Positions 53,900 through 64,000 of a stretch of 64,000 nt of DNA are shown here, one piece after another (positions within the stretch are counted from its first letter, which is position 1; the number at the start of each line of letters is the position of its first letter). A program made the translations under genes and the position numbers. This stretch comes from Phoronis australis. Its lineage: Eukaryota > Animalia > Phoronida. The notes under the pieces were generated by a model that saw nothing but the letters and a program-made list of their open reading frames with translations, searched no databases and was not told where the DNA came from. Where the stretch lies: NCBI GenBank assembly GCA_002633005.1, contig NMRA01000735.1, positions 62,001 to 126,000 of the forward strand, read 5' to 3'.

Positions 53900-56820
53900 G
53901 TGATTTACAGCAATTATGTGGACACGTCCATAGTGATTATCACTGGATATTGGCCAAAGACATTTGACAGATAAATCTGAATTTGCCCGCATCTTTCTGC
54001 ATGTACATTGAAAACTAATATTGTTCCCAAAAATGTGTATTTATTGAAGAATTTAAGTGGTCCGTGTATTCGCCTCCGTCAAGAAGGTCAAGGCAGGTCG
54101 TTTCTATGGCTGGCATGAACGTTTGTTTGTCCTTCGGAAATCGTTGTCCATTATCACGATATTCGAAGATTAGATGCTCAAGTGTGTGCTTAGCTGTATT
54201 TAGAAGAACCAAACATATTATAAAATGTGAGATATGACTTAACTCTTTTGAACGGCAATTTACGCGTTTCTCAAATATTACGGTAGCAGAGAACAAGAAG
54301 AATGCGTCAAGACGATGACAGCAATGTCTATCAACACTTCTCCGACAATAATGGAACTATTTCCTGTTAGTGCACTTCCAAATTATGATTCTGATACATA
54401 AGGCTGTTTCAGCAGAAGCTGATAATCCTAGAGCCTAATTTGCAAGAAATGTTGGAAATGACGCGTTCTTAGTGCAACGTATGACCAATAAGGCGCCGAT
54501 GATCTCACCCATTGCCTATTACATGTACTACATGTAATATTAGAAAATACCGTCGGAAAGACTTGAAATGTGAGAAAACGCATAAAGTCAAGGATCAAAA
54601 GGACAGCGAAAAAATGGTATCTCTGAGCGTGAAAATTGATAAGTCTAGTATCTTATGGCGGAGGATGATTCGTCTGTACTATTGCAACTGAGAATCCTAA
54701 GCAACGGCGGTTCAAAACGATTTTGCCACTAATGAACGTTGTGCAAAATTTTCCAATAACGGTCTTACAAAGAACCAAAACAAACACAGATCCTACGATT
54801 GTTCGTACGCATTATTGTAATGGTGGGAGAGGGGATAGCGTTTTATCATTGGAAACTTTTCTCAACAAATGGCCACAGGGGTCGCACTTGTTGAAACGGG
54901 AAAAATCACGCCTCAGATGAAGGATTCCTGCAGGCCTACATAGAAGCATATGACAAAGAACTGTTTCTACATTCATTCATCTCGTAGAAGAGAATGAGCG
55001 CAATAAACAATGAACATAATTATATGTTTGAACGATCAGCATAGTCAGTAGTTTGTTCGCACTGGGTACTGGTACTGGGGCAGTCGAACGAAAAAAAAAC
55101 GCAGCGTTAATAATTCCATGTAAATATCGTAGCAAGGTCTGATAAAAACTATCACACAGGCTTCAAAACACTTTTAGGAAATCTATTTGAATGAGCTACG
55201 AAAGCATGTTTCGACGTATAACTATAGGCAAAGGCATCACTGGTATATCCCTGGAGAAAAACCTTGATTGTTTCTCGTGGACCGTCATTTCCACCAGTTT
55301 TTCCTGGTAATAATCTTCACTTCTCCAAGGTGACCGTGATGATGAAGGTACAATGACTGCAAGCAACATCGCTAGTATTTCCACAATTTATCAACCATGC
55401 GGTTATTAGGATATCAGACACAGATTTCTCGGTAATCTTGACTGGAACTCTTGGGTAATGAAAGCTACAAACACGATCAACGAACAAAATTACCATAAAC
55501 TGCGAAACGGGAAAGTGAAGGACATTGATCAAGATGCTTAATATTGTAAACTTTTTGATAAGCCCTGAGACGGACAAATCTGAGCCCTACCTGGAACCCA
55601 TGCGTTCATTGAGTGGGACTACACATCGCCCTTTATCAAGGGCCGAGGCGAATAGGCACTGTGGTGATTTCACTTCTAACTGGAACTAAACGAATTGATG
55701 CACTGATTCTTTTTTACGTGGAAATGGTGTCTGAATAACCTCTTATGATTTTGCTGTTGAAAAATCCTATAATACAAGCATTTGCAATAAAAACTTAATT
55801 TTTCCCCACTTTTGTCAGAACAGTCAAATCAAGTTATTGAATGTTTTTGAGAGTGCAGAGAATTTTGTTCATTGTTTTGGACCGATAGGCATAGCAGCGT
55901 TGATGTTGGTACAGTCTCTGAATTAGCTTATCCGCACAGGGTAGCTTCAAGGATGACGACGATGCCCTGTTTGTCAAACTTATCGACATGATTTTATACT
56001 CGTATCTCACAGCACAACTCATTCAAAATCGCGACTGCAACTTTTCTTAAATTTTTGTTCAGTGGAATCTACTAGTACATATCTCACGAATTGACGACTG
56101 TTTCCTTGAACAAAGCACTGAAACTGTGTTGTTCCAGTCGACTTTATTGTTTGAAACGAGTTCCACGATGATTGTGAAGTCACCATTCGAAGTTAAAAGG
56201 CCTTGGTGCTTGCTCTTCGTGAACCGTTAGCGGCCCCATGACTCGTGAAGGTTTCCTTTGCGTACATGGCATCATATGATGGGGAGATGTAGTCATGGTA
56301 AGATAGCGCGGAATATTCCAATAGATACAGTGTAACTGAGGTGCCAGATTTGATTTGTGTCGTGTACTGTTTACAATGCGTGGGAACGAGTGGAATTAGG
56401 AATACATGTAGGTTAGTTCGTTTGTCTACAATCAGTTGAAGTTGCCTGCCCAGAACATTTGAGATGAAAGTGATTGATACATCAAATTATTTGAATAACT
56501 ATAAAGTTATCGAGCAGTATTCACTCTTCGTAAACGACACTTCTCGAACAGTTTTGATCTTTTATTTTGACTTCCTTTGGTCTCCCATGTTCGAAATTCT
56601 CTGGCATGTAGCAGTTGTGCCAGCTGGAGTGATCCTGAACATGTTGAAATTGGTGTCAACCAGTCACCTGGTGAGTTAATGTTTAACTCAACTCGCAGGT
56701 TTGGAGTTCCTGGCAGGGATAACCCATCACAGAAACTATCTGCCAAATATACGTGGTTATATGTCGAATATTTTGGTGCTAGTTTCATGTGGTAACTTCT
56801 TGGGGACTTCCTTATTTGGC
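53900..56820 (+). pseudogene. Heavily decayed Toll-like receptor (LRR - LRRCT - TM - TIR), no evident introns
   Basis: LRR-like pieces (ISLEKNL, PGNNL, ASNIASI, LLKNPII); LRRCT-like HNSF..RDCN...FVQW...CVVP...DDC (56013-56175); FD..VVY near 56348; TIR-like ORF 56464-56679 VIEQYSLFVNDTSRTVLIFYFDFLWSPMFEI...VILNMLKLV; the ~2.9 kb span fits a TLR. Confidence 0.55.
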
Positions 56821-59800
56821 AAAGGCACCACACCACTGAAATTTTCGGTCGTAAAACGGTTATGTTATGTAGAATGATGCTGAACGTTATGTAGTTTGCT
56901 TCAATTGATTACATTGTATCTGTTGGGTTGATCTAGCTCAACTCTTGGGTTTAGGCATGCCTGGTGGGGTTGCACGGAAATTGTCTAGCAGTGTTATTTC
57001 AAGATGCACGAGGTAATTTTGAAAATTTCGCAATCATTTTTATGCAGTTTCCTTTTGGGTTCATTTAGCTCAACTTTACAACCCCGTTTTTAGCCGGAAG
57101 CGTTTACCACACCACTGTCATTGCCTGGAATATAACTGCAGCCCCTAAAGGATTTATACACTCCGAAACCCTATAGTCGTCCGCCTAAGCATAAAACCGG
57201 CTTGTTGTCTTACTCACCCAATTATTCCACTTCAAAGTTATGATCTGAATAGGACTTGATTTAACTCTCACAAATATATAGTATTCGTTGATTCAAACGT
57301 NTTAATTTCGAAAATATCTTCTGAAAATGAACAAAAAAAGTGCATCAGTAAAATCAACAAGTTTTTAAGTGGTCTCAAAAAAACAGTCGGTAAATGCATT
57401 AATTTTAGTCTCAGTTCTTCCACGCGTGTTTCTCCCGAGAGGTTAGTACCTACATGTAACGTGCAGACGAGCGTTCCAAATTGGAACGCTAAGTCCCGCG
57501 TGGCAGCGCTGCACGCGAAACAAGATGGCGGACGACCTTTGGAGACTGACGACGAGAGGTAATCGGACTATACTGGATGTTATACAGTTGGTTCCAACCG
57601 GTTACATGGTGGGTTGAGCCAGCTCAACCTGCAGATTTTGGCGTGCCTGGCGAGGGTAATGCATCTTTGAATTTTTCTGACAGTTTTCATCATGATGCAT
57701 TGTTGAATTGTTTGTAAACACTTTCAGGTGGTTACCTCTTGGGTTGATCTACGTGTAGATCCACTTTTGCTTTAAGTTAAAACCGCGTGGCTGATATTAC
57801 CCACCACTGAAATTGTCTGGAAATGGATAGTTTTCATACAGTAAATTGAGTAGTGGGTGTTGCTGGCAATTCTATGTGGTTACCAGAAAATTTGATCCAG
57901 CTAAACTTTCCGCCCAGACCCTCCTGACTAAACATTCCTATCATTGGGATACCCATGGATCAGTGCGGCATCAAAAATGACATACATACCTTTTCATGCC
58001 CAGAAACATTTGGGATCTCGCTGCCTCATTTTAAGAGTCACTGCATGAGAAAGTCAGGCAGATGCGAGAACATGACATGTCACGGATTGTTTGAAGTATA
58101 CCTTATTTTTACTCTTAGGTGGAACGGTCAACACCTTAAATACTTTTATTTTAAAGTACCTAACTTCTTCACAGAAAACTGCCCCTCGAAATTTTTTACT
58201 ATTTTGTAGCTTCGGAAACCATCAAATTTGAGCATTTTTGTTGCATAACTGTGCAACAACGATAAATTAACAAAAACTAAGAATGGCATACTGAATAAAC
58301 ACAACTTCTGTCTACATGAAAATGTAAAACTCATAGTTGAAACGTATTCGCAAATTATCTACAGTGTATATTTGTTACCTATTCAACCCACCTGAGTCAA
58401 GCTGTGTAACTGGTGGAAATGCCCTTTATTCGATCGTCATTTCTTTTACCGCGCAAAAACACTCAGAAATGTAACACACTACATGTGAAAGCTGAGCCTT
58501 TTTAGAGTGCACATCTATTAAAACATTTGTGGACAGCGACCTGTGTGTCCTGCATGCTTTGATTGAAACCACCCACTTCGCTGATGTCGGTCGACTTGTT
58601 CGCCATTACTGTCACACTCCCATTAACAAACGAGCAAAATTCTAAACATTTATGACTAACAAAAACGATATCAACAAGATCGTTATGATTTTTCAAAGCT
58701 CAAAATCGGAATTACATTAAAATTCTCACGGCTAGTGCTCAGAACTTCACAATTAAAGCTGAACCTACGGCCTCAAAACGGTCGGTCCTGTAATGTCTGC
58801 TTGACGTCTAGTAACGTTAAGGGTTTCCGAAAAAGTAGGAACGTATATTAATACGAGACAAGCCAAAAATCATACTTGATTGAACACATGCAGTTATTGC
58901 TAACCATACCTTTTAAGTAGCGAAGACCCACGGGGAGCACTGATTCTCTAAGGGTGAAAATTTCCGGGTAGTAATTTTTCTGCTGCTCATCAGATGGCGC
59001 ACCGGTTTACCATCTGTTGACAAGTTGTACTCATTACGCAGTGCAGTCAATATTTTAGGGCGCGCCCAAGCGTATAACTTTGAGAAATCCTACATTTTTG
59101 GCTAACTATTCAATGCACGGAAAACGTATATTGGCTATTGCTATTTCTGTAGGAGTGTTTTCGCCAACATCCACTCAACAGTCCTTGAAGCAACGTTTCA
59201 GCCAGTTGTATTTATAATTATCACCGGGACTTCCATTTTAGTGATGACGATTGCAACGTAGATTCGACGAAGCATTGCAGGTTCTGATCAGAATACTGTA
59301 CATGTAGACCAGAAGATTCCAACTGTGATTATAGAACATCCCTAACACATTATGATTTCGAGATGTACACAAAAATACTACATAGGGCTAGCATTGTTAT
59401 TGGTTAATCTGGGCATCAGATGTAAACCACTAGCAGATCCAGAATTTCAAAAGTGCAATTGCAGTGGTGCCATGAATTTGAAATACAGGCAGACTACGAA
59501 AATGTCAAATTATTTTACTTAAGGTATATGGGAACTTAAGTGTTTTATTATCTATTACTCAAGTAAACTCTGACTTGCAACACATAGAAAAACACATCAG
59601 TGCAGTATTTATTACCCAGGCAATTTATACAACGCAGCCTTTGGTCATGGTTGACATTGAGCTATGGAAAGGACACTTTAGTTTCCCACCTGTAAGTTGA
59701 TAATAGTGCATATGTGTATTATACAAGTGTGGGTGTTAAAGTTGGTTGTGAGCGTTAAGTTTTGGATATCGAAATCTTTGATCAAAAGAAGTTCAAATGA

Positions 59801-60423
59801 AATCATACTATTAGCCTACATCACAATGCAGTTTTTGTCTGTATCATACAAAAACAGGAAAAACGGAAAGTGCCGAAGATTGCATCTCTGGCAGTATGCT
59901 TCCAGGGATGTTGATAATGTGTAATATATAAAATAAAAAACCTCTAAGTGGTGCAGCATACATTATATTCATCTGAAACAAGACAATCGCTGTCACATGT
60001 TTGCCAAATTCCATACATCAAAATACTTGGTTGATACAGAAACGCTAGAGGACACCGCAGCACTCAGATGTCCTAAAATTTATGCCGATCATACTCTCCT
60101 AAATAACGTAAAACATACATAATATTGCACCCAGATTCATCAACACAACTTTCTAAATATTGCTGTGCAGATAAACAAACAAATTGCCACTCCGGACGTC
60201 TCGGTGATTGCACCCATCAGAAAACCTGTCAGTCGTGATCATCTCAATAGGAACACATGAGCAAAATTTCAGAACTATCCTCCAAGCAATTTCAAAGACA
60301 GAGAGGCTGCTGCCAGAAATAATATTCTTTAGTGGCACAGAATATTTTATTCCAGCCGAAAATACATCAAGAAAATTGGTAGATATAGGGGCATACATAA
60401 AGAAAACCTAAACTGCCATTGAG

Positions 60424-60585
60424 CAGTGTTGTAGTGGAGCGTAGGCACAGGTAGGAGCAACCAAACACCTTTTGGCATTTGAACGTAGTGCCTACGCACC
60501 ATACGTTACATGTACGTTCAGTGCTCAACGTGATACGGTGGGCTTTGGGCCCCTACTTACCTTTAATTTTACGCCTACAGCACTG
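60424..60585. mobile_element. 162-bp hAT-like MITE
   Basis: TIR CAGTGTTGTA / TACAGCACTG; 8-bp flanks CCATTGAG / CCATTAAA (6 of 8 match). Confidence 0.6.
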
Positions 60586-61384
60586 CCATTAAAGGGCACC
60601 ATAGAAGATCGCCTAGTCAACAATCAGTTTCAGTCGTGCTCATCTCAATGGCAACATTTCTGTACATATTACATATGTACGCCAGGAAGTAGGAAAATGT
60701 GGCTGTCTCCATAACTGAAACTTATTTGCGAAATTTGATGAAAATCAGTCAAGGAACCTGCTAGATAAAGAGACTAACGTGAAGAAGTAAAGTTGCCAAT
60801 AGGGGCCCAGTGGTAGTCAAATACATCCCAAAACTGTCTTGTGTCATCTCATTTGTAAAATTTCACATTCACTAAGGATTTGGAGATGAAGCAGCAGATG
60901 CCAGACAAAAAGACATAATGGGTCTACACACGCATGCTTGTAAACAGTCATACAGAACAAGGCAATTGTAATCAGACAATATAAATCTTTGCCCCATTTG
61001 ATGGCTAGTCCTGTTAATGCAAAAATGACTGGTAATAGCTATTAACACAGCTAATTACAGAATGTCTTAGCCACCATACTAACTTTCCTGTTTCCCTTCA
61101 TTTTCAGTCACAAAGGAAGACCACTTTGACCACGAATTCTACTTTTGCTCTAGCTGTAATGGCAAGGAATTCCGGGTCATTTTGTCAGGATACGTTTGGC
61201 TTGTACTGTATATTAATGCATACAAATAACCCCGAAATGACAGTTAAAGAAACACTCTTGGCGTGAGAAAAAAAAATTCACAGAAAATATCATGGAATCA
61301 AAATAACTAGTAACATTACTTCTTAGCAATCGACACACCATAAGGTGCACAACAAGAATACAATAACACTGATGATTACGATCT

Positions 61385-61632
61385 ACATGGATACTGCTCA
61401 AGAAATTCAAACAGCTGTTCTATGATTGTGTCCTTCAGTTCTCGTTTGTTGAGAACACCTCACTGGATCGCTTGTTGACCAGTTTCCATGCCTTAGTTGA
61501 ACGCATTAGTCAAAAACATCTTTACGCTTTCAGTCATTATTTCAGACCTTTATGCTGACTTAAGAGCCCACCCCATTGTGCTGTATGACTCTCTTGCTGT
61601 TTGGGTACTACCTGCCTGCATTTTTACACCTG
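61385..61632 (-). mobile_element. Decayed DNA-transposon protein fragment (tentatively Sola3-like C-terminus)
   Basis: After a TTTGCAG acceptor: MGWALKSA*RSEIMTESVKMFLTNAFN*GMETGQ, resembling the GWALK...F..G..TG block I recall from invertebrate Sola-type proteins. Confidence 0.35.
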
Positions 61633-61829
61633 CAAATGTAAAACTCAATAAGATATTATATTTTATCTAGTCCATTGGTAGGCTACCAGAACAACAATTG
61701 TCAAACACTCGTAAACACCACTCACACACCTAACTGTAAGCTGATCCCTGTTCATTCAATTCAAACACAGCTTTTGCAACCAATAATCAGTTCAAAAACT
61801 CACGTGACTAGGAATCATGTGCATGACAC

Positions 61830-62560
61830 AGGGAAGAGTGTGTGAGGAGTGTTTAAAGGTAACAAAGCTGGATGCAACACCAGGAGCCATGCTTTTTGAA
61901 TGGGTAGCCATGTTTTGTGAATTAACAAAATGAGCTTAAAAATTCCATATGTTGTGGTCATAAGTGAGAGAATTGTGCTGTTTGAGTGGTCTGATTGATA
62001 CAATAATCCACGTCAAAAATCCAGCCTAAATTTGTGGGAAAGTCCAAGCCATGGCTGCGTAGGCTGTTGAGTAGCATGCTCCACAACAGCTTCACTTTTT
62101 GTTGGGTTGTAATATAAAACATCACACAGCGTTTTTTCATGTTGACTATTAAGTCAACTAGGAACATTCAGTTACTAAAATGCACAGCAAAGGTTATGTG
62201 TCAAACTTATGTATTTGTGATGCCAAATTGAGTTCAACGAGCATGCTGTTAGATCATGAACTTCACCTTCTATACCAGTGACTTTGGCAACCCACTTTCT
62301 CCCCACATCAGTGATGATCTTCAAGTGCTGTTGGCTGTTTATTATGCCAGCCCATGCTAACTTGCTGCTTGAGTTCGTTGCGAGAGGCAAAAGAGTTGTT
62401 AAAGCCACCATTCAGATTTCCTAGCAAATAGTCATGTTGGTATCTAATAAATAGTCTTTGTAGTTGTATTAATAAACTTAAAAAATGTTGATAAATAACT
62501 TGACCAAGGCTTTTCCTTGCGGGAGCACTGAATTGACCTTGAGGCAGCACACATAGACAG
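61830..62560 (-). mobile_element. Decayed ORF resembling the accessory gene of animal EnSpm/CACTA elements
   Basis: APARKSLGQVI...GGFN, QPWL and LMTTTYGIFKL...KTWLPIQKA resemble the P.RK.L and YY+FN..Y...T...+Q motifs; fragmentary. Confidence 0.3.
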
Positions 62561-63932
62561 TCCCACAGCGTTTCTTGAGTTGCGGTTCGTTTGAATGAAC
62601 TTGGATAAGGAATTCTCTGCCGAAGATGGGTTCGTTAAAAAGTTGTTTGCAACTCCTTGCTTACAGGAATACGTACAGTTGCGACACCCGATTTGTCAAA
62701 CATAACCTTGTCACCTTCTTGGAATCCCGGCATTGCTTTTTGGCGCTCGTTTAGTTGCTTTAGTGTATTGCAGACGGTAAAATGTAAGGCGTATGGATTT
62801 CTACTTTACACTACTTTGTGTTCCTTCCGTGTAATATCAAAACAATTACGTTCTCGTGGTAGTTAACCAGGAAATGTGAGAAACTTCGTAATCCCTTAGA
62901 ACGATACGGGTTAAGAACGTGTCTCGTCGCATTGTGTTAAACTCTGGGAAAGTGTGTATCCATTATTTAGTTATGGTTGTAATAGCGGAAATATACATTT
63001 TAGTGTCTTGGTTGCCCGTTATTCAGTTGATGTAATGCAGAAGTGACGATCTGAAGACTGCATCGTTTTACATCCGATGCACTGAGTGTCATTTTCCTTA
63101 CAGAAGAACACAAGATAACAACAGCGCAGTCAGACATTTTCTATAGTTTCCTACTGAAAAATGCGCATAAACCCGGATCCCATGTCAACCGCTGCTATTA
63201 GGAATCCAATATTCAATCATGGAATCCCGATGTCTCATTTTCTGCCATCAATAGGGGCAAATTGATATAAAACTAACCAAATTTCTTCAACATGTTTCAA
63301 AATGCATCGGAATACCAACTTCTGAAAAGTTTTTTCTAGACTGGCATAAGTCACGTAAAATATTTTTTGATATGCATCACCAGCTTTAAATAAATTCGCT
63401 TATATGTAGTCCAAATTTTACAAAGCAAACGACTATCTTATGTGAAAAAACTAAGTCCTATCTTGCATGTGAGGACAAAAAATTCTTTGACTATGTTTGC
63501 CGTCACATGGCAACTCCATATAAAAACTGAAAGTACAAAAGGTACGAACTTTCTCAGGCTAACTGCCGTTTGTTAAGTAATAAGACTTTTTTTCAAATCT
63601 ATAATTCACAAGATAGATTTAAGAAGTTTTCAAAGCGACGCGTTCAGATACTTGACCCTTTAAATGTACCTACATGTAGAAATGATTGCGCTGCAGAATT
63701 CGTATTGCACAGGCGATCTAAGGGTCACAGGGTTACAGAAATCTCCATATCCACATTTGTTTCAAGTTGTGCTTGATGATACTAAAGGGTAATTGTTCTA
63801 TCGAGGAAAAAAGTTTGCATACGATTTTTCACAATTTGGTTGAAATTAATATCACATATACTCGATTTCCCTTTCATGAATGTGTTCGTCCGTAACTTGA
63901 TCTGACATTGAATTACAGAAAACATTGAAGTC

Positions 63933-64000
63933 ATGAAGTACGTTGCAGTATTCCTTGTATTGATGCTGGCTGTGGGCTACCTCCAGGGGCTGCCGGAAGA
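63933..64000 (+). CDS. 5' end of a secreted or membrane-targeted protein (signal peptide); continues beyond the window
   Basis: Acceptor-like TTACAG ending at 63918, then GTCATG and MKYVAVFLVLMLAVGYLQG/LPE: basic N-region, hydrophobic core and small-residue cleavage site. Confidence 0.7.
   Translation, partial: MKYVAVFLVLMLAVGYLQGLPE

Noticed and set aside
54056-54170. PH-domain-like WHERLFVL
   Set aside because: An isolated short match flanked by stops; another frame fits the LRR interpretation
56830-58400. YY1-type CAAGATGGCGG at 57521 as a host promoter
   Set aside because: It is embedded among GGGTTGA....GCTCAAC repeats typical of a transposon interior, and no linked exon was found

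Overview
AT-rich animal genomic DNA, probably a marine invertebrate (inferred from the repeat families; the species cannot be determined). It has four assembly gaps (1550-1556, 12796-12827, 41800, 57301). The window is almost entirely intergenic and rich in transposon remnants: a near full-length dead L1/Tx1 element, CR1/L2 fragments, two copies of an RNase H-bearing I-group LINE with a 10-bp TSD inside a ~3.6-3.9 kb tandem duplication (probably uncollapsed haplotypes), an 885-bp solo LTR, EnSpm-, ISL2EU-, hAT-, THAP- and Crypton-like DNA elements, and minisatellites. Manual translation also suggests very decayed receptor genes with no evident introns: one Toll-like receptor and two LRR-GPCR (RXFP/GRL101-like) remnants. 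The only apparently intact host coding sequence is a signal-peptide-encoding exon starting at 63933 and running off the window. No rRNA, tRNA or CRISPR was found. The most distinctive signal is strong enrichment of TACATGTA (about 45 copies by hand count), which behaves as a 6-bp CATGTA insertion at TA sites inside older sequences, as expected for Tc1/mariner-type excision footprints. I cannot demonstrate a new biological system. All family assignments are motif recognition by eye without database searches.
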